Notes: generated by a model from the letters alone, not told the origin. Numbered from the whole stretch's first letter, positions 37,432-50,187 are shown. The stretch is 63,382 bases of DNA, filler included, from Octopus bimaculoides (GCF_001194135.2; 9 parts of 8 records of this genome joined end to end with filler, not necessarily neighbours in it), one strand, 5' to 3'. Translations and numbers: made by a program.

Positions 37432-38299
37432 TATTAATCGTTCATATTAATGTTGATGTCGTTGATTAACAAACACTCCTCTTACAAACACCACCACCAC
37501 CACCACCACCACAGTAACACTGACAACAACGACGGCGACGACGGCGACGACAGCAACTATGCTATTAATATGTTATAATTACCCCTGCCGGGTTCCTAAT
37601 TGTTCTTTTATTGATGCTCTTTTTCAGCCAGTTATGTATTGTTAATCACCATCATCATCATCACCACCACCACCACCACCACCACTTGTCATTTGTTTAC
37701 TTATTTATGCACTTGTTTTTGCTGTCTATCTCAAATGAAAGAAAAACAGATTTGTTTTTTCTTGTTTGTCTTGCACTTTGTTGGCAAGAACTGGGAGGAA
37801 GGCGCTTGCTCCTTGGTGTGTGAGGGTAATCCATATACATGTGTGAGTATGTGTGTTGTGTATGTGTGTGTACATGTGTGTGTATGGAGAATGCTCCGAA
37901 TCACCCTATGTGGCTACTGCCCCCACAGTCATTTTCAGAATCCTTTCTTGTTGTTTTGTTCTTCTTTATTGCCATTACTATTCTTTATTATCTATTATTC
38001 ATTAACATGTCTTTATTATTAATGTTCAAATCAACCTTTTACTTCATTCCCCACTGTCTTCTTTTATTTATATATTTATTTCACATTTGTACTGTCCCCT
38101 ACGTGTTGGCTCCGTGTAGCCAATAAAAAGAAATTATCATCATTATAAGTTGGATTGGCATAATCGTTAGAGCGTCGGAAATAAGTACCGTAAGTAGTCA
38201 TTCTGGCTCTTTATGTTCTAAGTTCAATTCTCACTGCAATGTACTTTGCCTTTCATCATTTCGATCTATAAAATAATTGTAGCTTTGTGCCTAAATCAG

Positions 38300-38870
38300 G
38301 GACCATTCCCCAGACTAGTAGCGTTTATGTCCCAACAGAGGCAAAACAGGTGGATTTCTTCCGGCGTCTAGAAGTCATTCTAGGATTCTCTCGCGCTTTT
38401 GGGCTACTGGGTAACTGGAGCACCATCTTACATGTATACTTGGACAGTGTAGGTTCAACTCATAGGTGAAATGGATGCAAAAGTTTCACAAACCTGTTTA
38501 CACGTTTCCAGCTGTCTGATAGGTACTGACTGGATTTCTCGAATGTAACAAATTGACTATGGACAAACAGTAATGGATCATCCAGGTCGTATCTAGACAG
38601 AGCATTCTCTAAGTTAGCAGACAAATATAAAAATAGGTTGTCAGAAAAATATAAAAATATAAAAATTATCGACAACACAAGCCGCAAGTTTGTGACCTGT
38701 ACGGCCGATCTACATCGGCTTCTTGGAAGCTGAACGCGTTGCTCTCTGCGCGCCATGCTTATAGAGACCGAATTAGGGAATTAGTTAAGCAGGCTCTGGC
38801 AGGTGCAATCGTCAATAACGAGTAGTAGTTTGCCATGGAGAGATGCTTAGGAAATGCATCGTAACTGACA
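38300..38870 (+). mobile_element. L1/Tx1-clade LINE ORF2 APE endonuclease fragment (pseudogene)
   Basis: VYVPTEAKQVDFFRRLEV..LLGNWS...LSDRY*LDF...WTNSNGSSRSYLDRAF...SWKLNALL reproduces the APE VYAP, GDWN, S(R)xLD and WKLN motifs, with stops. Confidence 0.8.
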
Positions 38871-38911
38871 TGCACAAAACACGAAGGCAGTGCTGTCAGT
38901 TGCGAGTTCTA

Positions 38912-39123
38912 CAGGGTGTCCACAAGGTCTGGGTACATGGAGTAAATAAAATCTTAACATAAACAATTAAATATAAGAAATAATAATTTCTTAAAATATG
39001 TGTTAATCCCCATGTGGGCACATGGAGTAAATAAAATCATTACATAAACAACTAAATGTAAAAAATAATAATTTCTTAATGTATGTGTTGATACCCATGT
39101 ACCCAGGCTTTGCGGACACCCTG
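38912..39123. mobile_element. Tc1/mariner-type MITE with internal 85-bp tandem duplication
   Basis: TA TSD at 38910-11 and 39124-25. TIRs of about 29 bp: CAGGGTGTCCACAAGGTCTGGGTACATGG / CCATGTACCCAGGCTTTGCGGACACCCTG. Confidence 0.92.
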
Positions 39124-40045
39124 TATAACACGAGCGAACGAAAGCTCTTCGATGGGCTCAAGCAATATAAGTACAACAAGGCCACAGTTCCATATTTAGT
39201 GNNNNNNNNNNNNNNNNNNNNNNNNNNNNNNNNNNNNNNNNNNNNNNNNNNNNNNNNNNNNNNNNNNNNNNNNNNNNNNNNNNNNNNNNNNNNNNNNNNN
39301 NNNNNNNNNNNNNNNNNNNNNNNNNNNNNNNNNNNNNNNNNNNNNNNNNNNNNNNNNNNNNNNNNNNNNNNNNNNNNNNNNNNNNNNNNNNNNNNNNNNN
39401 NNNNNNNNNNNNNNNNNNNNNNNNNNNNNNNNNNNNNNNNNNNNNNNNNNNNNNNNNNNNNNNNNNNNNNNNNNNNNNNNNNNNNNNNNNNNNNNNNNNN
39501 NNNNNNNNNNNNNNNNNNNNNNNNNNNNNNNNNNNNNNNNNNNNNNNNNNNNNNNNNNNNNNNNNNNNNNNNNNNNNNNNNNNNNNNNNNNNNNNNNNNN
39601 NNNNNNNNNNNNNNNNNNNNNNNNNNNNNNNNNNNNNNNNNNNNNNNNNNNNNNNNNNNNNNNNNNNNNNNNNNNNNNNNNNNNNNNNNNNNNNNNNNNN
39701 NNNNNNNNNNNNNNNNNNNNNNNNNNNNNNNNNNNNNNNNNNNNNNNNNNNNNNNNNNNNNNNNNNNNNNNNNNNNNNNNNNNNNNNNNNNNNNNNNNNN
39801 NNNNNNNNNNNNNNNNNNNNNNNNNNNNNNNNNNNNNNNNNNNNNNNNNNNNNNNNNNNNNNNNNNNNNNNNNNNNNNNNNNNNNNNNNNNNNNNNNNNN
39901 NNNNNNNNNNNNNNNNNNNNNNNNNNNNNNNNNNNNNNNNNNNNNNNNNNNNNNNNNNNNNNNNNNNNNNNNNNNNNNNNNNNNNNNNNNNNNNNNNNNN
40001 NNNNNNNNNNNNNNNNNNNNNNNNNNNNNNNNNNNNNNNNNNNNN

Positions 40046-40256
40046 GCTGTAAAATTCCTAGCTTTCGATAAAAAGAAAATACAGGAAGATCAGTTAATTA
40101 TGATTTTATTAAACATATCCCCCTCTCAGATTCACACACCTATTGAAGTCTTCCTTCAGTTTTTCTAATCCCTGTAACAGAACTCGGGAGGTTGGGTCTC
40201 CAACGAAACCTTTTACGATACCCTTAAAAACAGGGACTTTTCAACATCCTCGCATA
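40046..40256 (-). mobile_element. mariner-derived MITE
   Basis: The minus strand encodes QGIRKLKEDFNRCVNLRGGYV (mariner C-terminus-like). TIR-like ends GCTGTAAAATTCCTAGCTTT / AAAAACAGGGACTTTTCAACATCCTCG; the left end abuts a gap. Confidence 0.65.
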
Positions 40257-40729
40257 GAAGATTAGTAGCAAGAAAAACTGATGATATTCTTGAGTAAAAC
40301 TCTGAGCATCAATGAAAATCAACAAACTGATCTGATTCGCAGGTCTTTCAGGCTTGGGTGCGTATATAATTTTCAGATACCTCAGATACTGAACTGGCGT
40401 CAACCTGGTATGTCTGTGATGAGCTCAGAGAACGAAACCATTCTTCCCAGGTAGTTTCTCTTTGGTCAAGCTGTGATGAAATTTTCCAGTTTCACTTGAA
40501 ATTTCAAGTTCAAGCCCTGCCGACAACGACTATTTCGTTCATTTTTTTCAAGGACCAGTCAAGTACTGGGTCGATGTAATCAACTTATCCCTCCCATTAA
40601 AATTTCTGACTGTATGCTAAAATTTGAAACCACTATCTTCCTCCCCTTCCCCCTCATCCTCCTCGTCCTCCTCGTCATCGTCGTCGTCGTTGTCAACATC
40701 ATCATCATCATCATCAAGCTAGAAGAATA

Positions 40730-40922
40730 GTTACTGCGCCAAAAATAAAGCTTAGCGGATTTATTCCGGCTCTTCAAGTTCTGATTTCAAATACTGCCGA
40801 AGTCGACTTTGCTTTTCATCTTTTGGGGGTCAATGAAATAAATACCAGTGAAACACTCGGGTCAATGTCATCGACTTACCCCCTCTCCATAAATTTCAGG
40901 CCTTGTGCCTATTGTAGAAAGG

Positions 40923-40923
<1 letters not shown>
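40730..40923 (+). mobile_element. family B SINE followed by (ATT)n
   Basis: GTCGACTTTGCTTTTCATCTTTTGGGGGTCAATGAAATAAATACCAG motif. Confidence 0.85.
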
Positions 40924-40985
<62 letters not shown>

Positions 40986-41157
40986 GTTGAGTAGTTTTAT
41001 TTTTATAACGTGCTTTCACTTCACTACCGAGCGCAGCTCTGTGTGCCTTGGGTATGTGCTGTGGTTTGCTGTGGTGCTCTTATGGTTACTCTATTGAAAG
41101 TGTTTTGCGTAGGATGTGTGCAGTGCCCAGTAGTGCAATTTTCTGTATGTTATATAT
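40986..41157 (-). mobile_element. RLE-type (R4/Dong-like) LINE 3' end inside a TAA repeat
   Basis: The minus frame reads IYNIQKIALLGTAHILRKTLSIE*, then a short UTR and (AAT)n. (ATT)n also lies on the far side of the gap at 41743-41803. Confidence 0.8.
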
Positions 41158-41742
41158 NNNNNNNNNNNNNNNNNNNNNNNNNNNNNNNNNNNNNNNNNNN
41201 NNNNNNNNNNNNNNNNNNNNNNNNNNNNNNNNNNNNNNNNNNNNNNNNNNNNNNNNNNNNNNNNNNNNNNNNNNNNNNNNNNNNNNNNNNNNNNNNNNNN
41301 NNNNNNNNNNNNNNNNNNNNNNNNNNNNNNNNNNNNNNNNNNNNNNNNNNNNNNNNNNNNNNNNNNNNNNNNNNNNNNNNNNNNNNNNNNNNNNNNNNNN
41401 NNNNNNNNNNNNNNNNNNNNNNNNNNNNNNNNNNNNNNNNNNNNNNNNNNNNNNNNNNNNNNNNNNNNNNNNNNNNNNNNNNNNNNNNNNNNNNNNNNNN
41501 NNNNNNNNNNNNNNNNNNNNNNNNNNNNNNNNNNNNNNNNNNNNNNNNNNNNNNNNNNNNNNNNNNNNNNNNNNNNNNNNNNNNNNNNNNNNNNNNNNNN
41601 NNNNNNNNNNNNNNNNNNNNNNNNNNNNNNNNNNNNNNNNNNNNNNNNNNNNNNNNNNNNNNNNNNNNNNNNNNNNNNNNNNNNNNNNNNNNNNNNNNNN
41701 NNNNNNNNNNNNNNNNNNNNNNNNNNNNNNNNNNNNNNNNNN

Positions 41743-41804
<62 letters not shown>

Positions 41805-41924
41805 GTTGTTTTTTTTTCTTCTTTCTTCAAATTTTCTTCCATTTCTCGCCGAGTGTTTTCCGTACACCTAGGGCAGAGAAACTCGTTGTATGCATTCCTA
41901 GTTTACACACTATTATTATTATAA

Positions 41925-42260
41925 AGCGGTGAGCTGGCAGTATCGTTAGCACAATGCTTAGCGGCATTTCGAGGTCAGTAAAATAAGTACCAGTTGAACA
42001 CTAGGGTCGATGTAGTAGATTTATCTCTCTCCTCTAAACTTGCTGGCCTTGTGCTAAAATTTGAAACCTGAGGTGACGAGCTGGTGGAATCGTTAGCACA
42101 CCGGGTGAAATGCTTAGCAGTATTTCGTCTGTTTTTTTTACCTTCTGACTTCAAATTCCAACGCGGTCATTTCGAGGTATCAGTCAAGTACTGGGGTCGA
42201 TGTAATCGACTTCCGCCCTATCCCAGTCTTGGTAACCTTGTGCCAAAATTTGAAACCTTT
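41925..42260 (+). mobile_element. two tandem, internally deleted family B SINEs
   Basis: GGTGAGCTGGCAG/GACGAGCTGGTGG heads at about 41927 and 42074, each with AAGTA(C)..GGGTCGATGTA. Confidence 0.8.
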
Positions 42261-43431
42261 ATTAGTATTATTATTTACATAATTTTCCTTAGGTAAATAT
42301 CCGTCTTAAAAATATTTTCCCTTCACTGCTATCATTATCACCAGCATCACCAACCACCACGAACACTGTCACCAACATCATCGACATCATCATTAAGATT
42401 GTTGTCTATTTAGACAGTGTCGTTTCCGTCTCTATTCGTGCATTTCCGAGTTTTATATACCAAATCCCCTATTCTCTCACACGTCCAATTGTTTTCCTCT
42501 CTTTCTCTCCGTTTCATGCATACAGAAACGTTTTTTTACCATTTCTTTCTCTCACACATTCATATACAATCTCTTTCTGTTTCAAGCACAAATATACACA
42601 TACACACACATTCTATCTCTCTCTCTATTTATCTATCTCTTCTCATCTCTCTCCTCCTCTCTTTACCTCTCTCTCTCCCTTTCTCTCTCCCCTCTTTCTT
42701 CCTCTCCTTTTCCCCCCAGTAGCTTTGCGTGTTTATATGTGTATATATGTGTAGATGGTGGTAGGAGGCTGTAGCATACACAGTTATATGTGCACGCATA
42801 TACATATATATGACTATGAGCGTATGTCTGTGTGTCTATACATATAACTTGTATGTATATAAATATATATACGTGTATGCTTGTATGGACATATTTATAT
42901 ATGTATGCACGTGTATATATATAGATATATATATATATATACACACACAAACACACACAGACACACACACACACACACATACACGCACGCACATCATTCA
43001 GTCTCTTCTCTCACAAATTTCCAATTTCCTTCCGGTAGGTTTTCTGTAATATGACAGACTCAGCATCTCCGCCATTCGTCTCAGCAGCAACTCCCCAATC
43101 TCCCCCGCATGACAGGCAATAGAAGAGTAAAGAATACTTAGCCGAGCATTGGACCACCTACAGAGCCGTACTTGCTACAAACAGAAACGCCAACAACAAC
43201 AGCAAAAAAAACATCAACGATGATGGTGATAATAATGATGATGTTGATGACGACGACGACGATGATGACGAAAACGACGACAATACTACTACTACTACTA
43301 CTACTACTAATAATAATAATAATAATAATAANNNNNNNNNNNNNNNNNNNNNNNNNNNNNNNNNNNNNNNNNNNNTTAATTAATTAANNNNNNNNNNNNN
43401 NNNNNNNNNNNNNNNNNNNNNNNNNNNNNNN

Positions 43432-43544
43432 AGAGCACCAAACAGTTTTAACAGAGCGTCCATATCTCTCTTATGTTGTTGCATTTGCTTGTCCATTTGT
43501 TCCCTAAACAATTTAATAAGTTCTACTGTCTGTTTTTCAGCCAT
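43432..43544 (-). CDS. gag: Gypsy gag N-terminus (runs into gap)
   Basis: ATG at 43544, 50 nt downstream of the PBS. MAEKQTVELIKLFREQMDKQMQQHKRDMDALLKLFGA is a coiled-coil-like gag start and is open to the gap. Confidence 0.7.
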
Positions 43545-43593
43545 TGTTATTACGATGAATAATCTTACGGTAAAGTAAGCATGTATCCTATCG

Positions 43594-43611
43594 GTCCTAC
43601 CGGCGACGCCA
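43594..43611 (-). promoter_or_regulatory. primer-binding site (probably tRNA-Ser)
   Basis: TGGCGTCGCCGGTAGGAC, 8 nt inside the LTR; the TGG start complements tRNA CCA. Confidence 0.75.
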
Positions 43612-43619
43612 ATAAACTC

Positions 43620-43873
43620 TGTTGTATTTCCCTTGGAAGACTCGTAGAGATAACACAACGAGTTATACAAATTTAATTATTACATTTATTATTCAATTAC
43701 ATACAAAGAACGCACTCACCCAATGTTCGTTATGAATAAACAAAAGTCATGTCAGCCATATATATATCAATGACCTTTTACTACGACAGTCACACAAGAT
43801 GACAACAATGAAACAATGAACTCAGACGAACCACAGTGACACACGGAACGTCAGACGAATTACATATCTAACA
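43620..43873 (-). mobile_element. Gypsy-type 5' LTR (254 bp)
   Basis: Minus strand TGTTAG...TACAACA (TG..CA ends), with an internal TATATATA and AATAAA, directly upstream of the PBS and gag. Confidence 0.85.
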
Positions 43874-43879
43874 GTCCAT

Positions 43880-44248
43880 ATAACAAAGACTGTGTGGTGA
43901 ATGAAACTAAAAAGACTGCAAACTTCTTTTTGCAGCTAGACTCTCATTAACTTTTTCAAGGTTCAATCTGAAAGGAAAGTAAAAGTAGAAAGAGAGGTGC
44001 TTCCTCCCAGTAAATTTGTTGAAAGGTGGCTAAGAATAGTGAACATTAGGTAAGAGAATGGGCCTACTTTGAATATGCTACTGAAGTCTAAGAAAATGGA
44101 TTAGAGAGGCACTTGCTCATTATTTATTATTTTTGCTAGTGCTTTATTTTTACACAACCTATGCAAACCTCTCATTCTGTTTTATATCCTTGTCATTTTG
44201 TTATTGCCTTTGTTTTTCCTTGAGCCCTTGTGGCTAATAAAGAAATCT
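43880..44248 (+). mobile_element. L1/Tx1-like ORF2 C-terminus and 3' UTR
   Basis: KDCVW*MKLK...LINFF/KVKVEREVLPPSKFVERW, then GAGCCCTTGTGGCTAATAAAGAAA, the terminus shared with 32130-32150. Confidence 0.65.
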
Positions 44249-44420
44249 TTATTGTTATTGTGTACTATAATCAAATTAGTTTGGTCATGAGATATTAACA
44301 AGATATTCTTTGTACAAAGAGGGAGATGAATATAGATAGATAAAGGGAGAGAAAAAGCAAGATAAAAGAAGGGGTTAAGAAGGGAGGTATCTTTGTATCT
44401 CTAATATATGAAATTGTTCC

Positions 44421-44501
<81 letters not shown>

Positions 44502-46194
44502 AAGAGAGAGAGTACCTGCATAAGAAAGAAATGAAGAAAATGGGAAAGAGAAAGAGTCACTGAATGTGAGAGAAATAGGTTAATAAGAAGGGGAAATGGT
44601 TGAAAATATGGGTCCTACATTTCTTTGTAAGAAAGGTGAACAAGACAGTAAGACTATTATGTATGTGTACGTAATACATGGATAAACTAAGTGAGAGAGT
44701 GTGTGCTAAAGAATGAAGTTAAAGACAAGGGCAATGCAGCCTTGATGAATCTGCTGAGATTGAGCAACAAAGGTTAGTAAAAATAATGCAAGTGGAATAA
44801 ATGTAGATTAGCAGTTATAAAGAGTCAGGAAATAATGGAAGGATAAAGGGAATTTCAGTGCCAAACAGAATGAACTAAGAAAAGAAGCAACTATATGATA
44901 AAGAATGGCACTTCCTGCAGGACAATATCTTCTGGCAGTGTGGCTTTGCCAGTAAAAGCAAGCTTAGAAAGAAAAGTTAGATATTATCAAGTCAGTTACA
45001 AATTGCTCATTCCATTCATAATTAATATGATTTTGGCAGTACTCCATCTCTGAGCTTGCTACTTTCAATGAACTTTGTGGAAGACAGAATATAACAGATT
45101 GGAACAGTTATACCCTGAAAGGCTCTTTTATACATATCTCACATTCTCTTTTTCTGCACCCCTACTCACTCTCTTTAAGTGTCTTGGTTTATAATTGCCT
45201 CAGCTTTGGCATTCTAAGTATTTTCTGGTACATGGCAAAGAACCTTATTGACCAATCAATCTGATTTTCTCTGACAGTAATCAGAAATTCTTTGGTAAAG
45301 TGCCATCTGCCGGTTTACCTTAATCTGCAACAATAGTTTTGACAACAATTATACAAGAATTTTCTTTTCTATTTAATGTTTTATTTCACAAATGTTTCTT
45401 GGAAAAATAAAATATATAAATAAATAACATCTGTATTTATGGTTGGTGAACTTACAAGCAATTTACCTCAAATCAATAATTAAAAAAACTCCTCCACCTC
45501 CTTCTTGCTATCATTGTTATTGTCAGCAGTTTTAAGTGTTTTAATGTTGGATAGAGATTGTGTAGGATGTATGGTTTGAGTTGTACAAATGGGTGGCAAC
45601 TGTGTAGAACTTAAGTTGTAGCTATAACAGTATCAGGTATGTGGAATGTACTATTTTGTTAAATGTTGATTGTGTTGTATATGGTGAACGTATTGTTTGA
45701 ATTGTACTGTGGTATGTATTGAAAGTGTCTTGTATAGGATTAAGGCTGCACCTAGCAAAATTTGTTTGGCCTGTGTGTTATGTGAGCCTTGATAGAGTTT
45801 GTATGTCTTTTTCCCCCCATTTTTTTTTATCATGTTTACATTTCAAGTTATTATTTTCATGTCCCACATCCTTCTTATTTTAATTTCAAGATCTTTGTCC
45901 TTTGACAGTTTCTCCATCTTCTCTCTTTGATGGAAAGGATGAGAGGTTTAGTACTGGAACTGCTTTATCAGTGCGAACACTTTATTTGATAGTATACTAC
46001 TAAGACTGTGGTAAATTATCAAATACCTCTCAGTAATCAACTCAGTCCTTACTAAACTTTGTTTTGTACTCTTGGATGACTTCAATAATGGCTTGGTGCA
46101 CCAGTTGCTGCTCTGACCATAAGTCACTGATAGAGATCTTACAGATGATGAATGTCATAGGAGTAAAACTGGTAAACTGAAACTGCTTAGAAGC

Positions 46195-46232
<38 letters not shown>

Positions 46233-47044
46233 AAGTGCATGCATGCGTGTGTATGTTTCTCTGAATCATATTTGAAATAGCAAAGGTGTTTTGATTTTCA
46301 TTCTTCAATTTTATTTCCTGATGAATTGCTTTACTCATCTCATTCAAATTATTTATGTATTTCACTATATTACATTATGTAATGGTTATATGGATGGTGA
46401 TATTTGTATTTTAACTGTAGAAACAGCTGTAGAACTAAAGAATTAAATTTTGAAATATTAGAATGGTCTTTGTGTTTTGGTTTTTTAAAATATGTTTCTC
46501 TGAATATTCATTTTAGCCAGTTTAACTCTCAAGGAACTCATTCCTATTATAGATATTAAATTGAAATAATATATTCCAGTTTAACAAACGATCACTAAAT
46601 TCAGCTGATAAATTTTTATAGTGTTTAGGCAAAACTTTAATGAATTTTGTAATTAAAACTAAAATATTGGCTACTATAAGACATCTTCACAAGGCATAAT
46701 CCCTGGGAAACAGTAATTCTGTATGCAGACAATAAGAACAACTTTGTCTCTTTTCTCTTGTGGGGAAACCAACATTCCATGAATTTCTTTCAGACTAATT
46801 ATTTCCCAACCATAAGAAATGATTTGCTTCATAAAATGTTGGCAATTAGTAAAAAGAACAAAATAATGTTATATATGATTACCAGTGACTGGAAATTTTG
46901 AGACCTTTGTAGCATGGTAAGAAGTTTGCTCCCCAATCCATATGGTTCCAGGTTCAGTCTCATTTCATGGAATCTTGAGCAAGTGGCTTCTACTAAAGGT
47001 TCAGGCTGACAAAATTTTGTGAGTAAAAAAGAAAAAAGGTAAAG

Positions 47045-47270
47045 TTACCTTCTTGAGTCATGGCCACTCATAAGGGCCAGTTTCCCAGTTTCCATGGCAT
47101 TTAGATTCCCCACCTGGACAAGATGCTGGTCAATCTCAGAATTACTCATTTTTGCCAGCTGAGTGAACTGGAGCTACGTGAAATGAAATGTTTTGCTAAA
47201 GAACACAATGTGCCACCTTCTTATGATCATGTCCAACACCATAACCGCTAAGTCACATGCCTCCACTCCT
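47045..47270 (-). mobile_element. SINE with CORE-like middle and V-like 3' body, CpG-decayed
   Basis: CATAAGGGCCAGTTTCCCAGTTTCC (compare CATAAGGGCCGGTTTCCCGGTTTC at about 34329) joined to ACTCATTTTTGCCAGCTGAGTGAACTGGAG (compare about 29625 and 29926). Confidence 0.75.
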
Positions 47271-47370
47271 TGTGAGTGCATTTGGTAGTTGGAAACTGAA
47301 AGAAACCAGTCATATATATATGCATATCTATGTGTATGTGTCTTTGTGTTTGTCATTCACCACCACTTGA

Positions 47371-48150
47371 CATCATCATCATCCTCATTTAATGTCTGCT
47401 TTCCATGCTGGCATGGGTTAGATGGCTTGACTGGAACTGATAAGCTGGAGAGCTGCACCAAGATCAAGTCTGAATTTGGCTTGGTATCTAAGGCTGGATG
47501 CCTTTCCTAACACCAACCACTCCAAGAGCATTGCAAACACTTTTTATGTATCACTGGCACAGGTCCTTTTACATGTCACTGGCACTGGCCATAACTATGA
47601 TTTCACTTGGCTTGACAAGTCTTTTCAAGCACAGCAAATCACCAAAGGTCATAACCACTTGTCATCACCCCCATGAGACCCCATGTTTGAAGATCATGTT
47701 TCACCACCTCATCCTATGTCTTCCAGATCTACCTCTTCCACAGGTTTTCCCCCACAGTTAGAGATTGGCACATCTTTACACAGCTGTCCTCATCCATATG
47801 CATCATATGACCATTCCAATGCACAATGCATCTAATGCCACTTATGCCCAATTTTTCTCTCAAGACATTAACACTCAGTCGTACATGCACACTGACAGTG
47901 CACATCCAGTGGAGCATACTAGATTCATTTCTTTCAAACCTTTGCATGTCCTCTGCTATCAGAGCCCTGTTTCAGTGTAGCATGGTTGCCCACACACAGG
48001 CATCATACAATCTGTTTTTCACTCTGAGGGAGAGGGCCTTCATTCGCAACAAAGGTAGAAGCTCTCTGAACTTTGCAAAACCTATTCTTATTCTAGCAGC
48101 TACTTCCACTGCTGACTTGGTCACCTAGATAATGAAAGCTATCAACTACT
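47371..48150 (-). mobile_element. RTE LINE 3' fragment, CpG-decayed
   Basis: RIRIGFAKFRELLPLL..LSLRVKNRLYDACV; ERNESSMLHWMC...LREKLGI...GHMMHMDEDSCVK; (GAT)n tail. Confidence 0.88.
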
Positions 48151-48744
48151 TCTAAATATCCCCCTGGCATTTGATGGAGTCTCTTTTGTATATTTCTAGT
48201 ATTTACTGTACCTGTATTATATCCTTATGAATAAACAAATACACTGCAACAGTGTAATAACAAAATAATCAAAACAAACGGCATTAATCACATGTAACAT
48301 AGCAACAATCTTTTAAGAATCAGCCATCCACCATGCTAACTTGAACTGTGAATGTTGAACTCCAATTGTGAAACTAGCACAAACTACCTCACTTACTCAG
48401 ACCACTACTATTTATATGTAGTGGTCCAGTCCATTCTCACCGGGGGTTGTTGTACTCTTGTACAACGATTCCCCTTTTGAGATTTTGTGTTCCAAAGGAA
48501 TAAAGAAACTTTTCATTTATTTATATAATACTGTACACTTCAAATATACCTACTCTGCCTATAGATACACGAGTGCATTTTTTCCTGACTTATGGACTCT
48601 CATACGGCTTACACATACACATTCCCACACACTACAGAGTATACTGCAATAGGTTGTCTGCATTTTGCACCATATAGCTGTTTCCTGACGGTGTGCTCTA
48701 CATAGCCACCAAAGACACACCACAGATATTATACATCTGTTACC

Positions 48745-49307
48745 ATGGAATTGTATGACCTAGGATATTCAACAAAGAATATCCCAACTCCATTGAATGA
48801 ACTCTATACATGGCTGCTGCTGGAAAAGATGATCAACTTGGTTAGGTGAATGAGATGGAAGGCCTTTTTCTTCAGCCAGCCAAAACCATCTATGGAGACT
48901 GAACACTTTGGGCTGAAATCCAGAAAGTTCTCATCTAGGTTTAAGGAACTGGAGGCCTTTGAGAATAACCTTTTGAACTTTATACCCCACCTGAAATTCC
49001 ATAAGTCCTCAAATGCTTTCCAATGTAAGTTTAGAGCAGACATCTATAGACTTAGACCTTCTGACAGGACCCTTCTATTCCCTAATAAGACTAAAAATCT
49101 ATATAGAGTATGTGACGATACATATGCACAGCTACTTAATAACATTGCACAAATATACAGGAGGGCAGCCCCCTCAAGCTTATGAGAGCATTATCTATGA
49201 GGCCAAGGATATAGTGGTTAAAGTAGGTATAGAGGACAGGGTAGAGACACTTGCAAAGAAAGAAGCCTTAATTACAATCAAGGACCATAAACCAAACTTT
49301 GTCAGCT
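48745..49307 (+). mobile_element. Penelope-like element ORF 5' part (pseudogene)
   Basis: LGYSTKNIPTP...R*MRWKAFFF...HFGLKSRK...LEAFE...KTKNLY...TLAKKEALITIKDHKPNF are N-terminal motifs of Penelope/Poseidon RT ORFs. Confidence 0.85.
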
Positions 49308-49909
49308 CATGGCTAGGTATGGTCATAGATATTGTCAAGACATTAGGAGTAGTAAACTGGGTATAAAGCAACTGTCTATAAAAGGAGGCTGGATAGGGGA
49401 AGACCCTAAATCATGATGTTAATTACCAGTTAAAGGGGCAAGATGCTAATAAAACCTATGATGCTAATACAGAGGAAATTTTATCATGGGGTACTATGGA
49501 TGATTGTATATAAATAATATTGTTATGTTGTATAAAAACAGAATTTAAGATTTTCAAAAATGATATCATAACCAAAATAGGTAAAATGTGTGTATATATC
49601 AATTATAAACATTAAAAAGGAAAGATTACATAGAGTCAGTTTAATATTCATTCATGTACTTAATTATTTACTTATTAGGTGGTTTCTATAAAGACTGCTC
49701 AGGGCATTTACTTATGAAATACTGAAAAGATAAACATGCTATCTATATATTAATTATAAGCCAAGAATCAGAAAAAATAAAGATGTGTACAGATACACAT
49801 ATTTATCTATGTGCACACATACACAAATATTTATATGGATATAGTATAACCATCTCGCATAGACTTAAGTTGCTAAAATGTATCTATTTACAAACAAGAA
49901 AGATAACAA

Positions 49910-50187
49910 TTTAGAGCAGACATCTATAGACTTAGACCTTCTGACAGGACCCTTCTATTCCCTAATAAGACTAAAAATCTATATAGAGTATGTGACGATA
50001 CATATACACAGCTACTTAATAACATTGCACAAATATACAGGAGGGCAGCCCCCTCAAGCTTATGAGAGCATTATCTATGAGGCCAAGGATATAGTGGTTA
50101 AAGTAGGTATAGAGGATAGGGTAGAGACACTTGCAAAGAAAGAAGCCTTAATTACAATCAAGGACCATAAACCAAACTTTGTCAGCT
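49910..50187 (+). repeat. 278-bp direct duplicate of 49030-49307 (2 mismatches)
   Basis: Direct alignment by eye, offset 880 bp. Confidence 0.95.

Noticed and set aside
40376-40406. 31-nt micro-exon candidate (TTTTCAG|...CTG|GTATGT)
   Set aside because: The splice signals are good but it is too short to assess, and such pairs are expected by chance in 63 kb.
43961-44049. Apparent host exon VQSERKVKVEREVLPPSKFVERWLRIVNI with good AG and GTAAGA signals
   Set aside because: The surrounding frame and the downstream GGCTAATAAAGAAA terminus (shared with 32130-32150) fit the C-terminus of an L1/Tx1-like ORF2.
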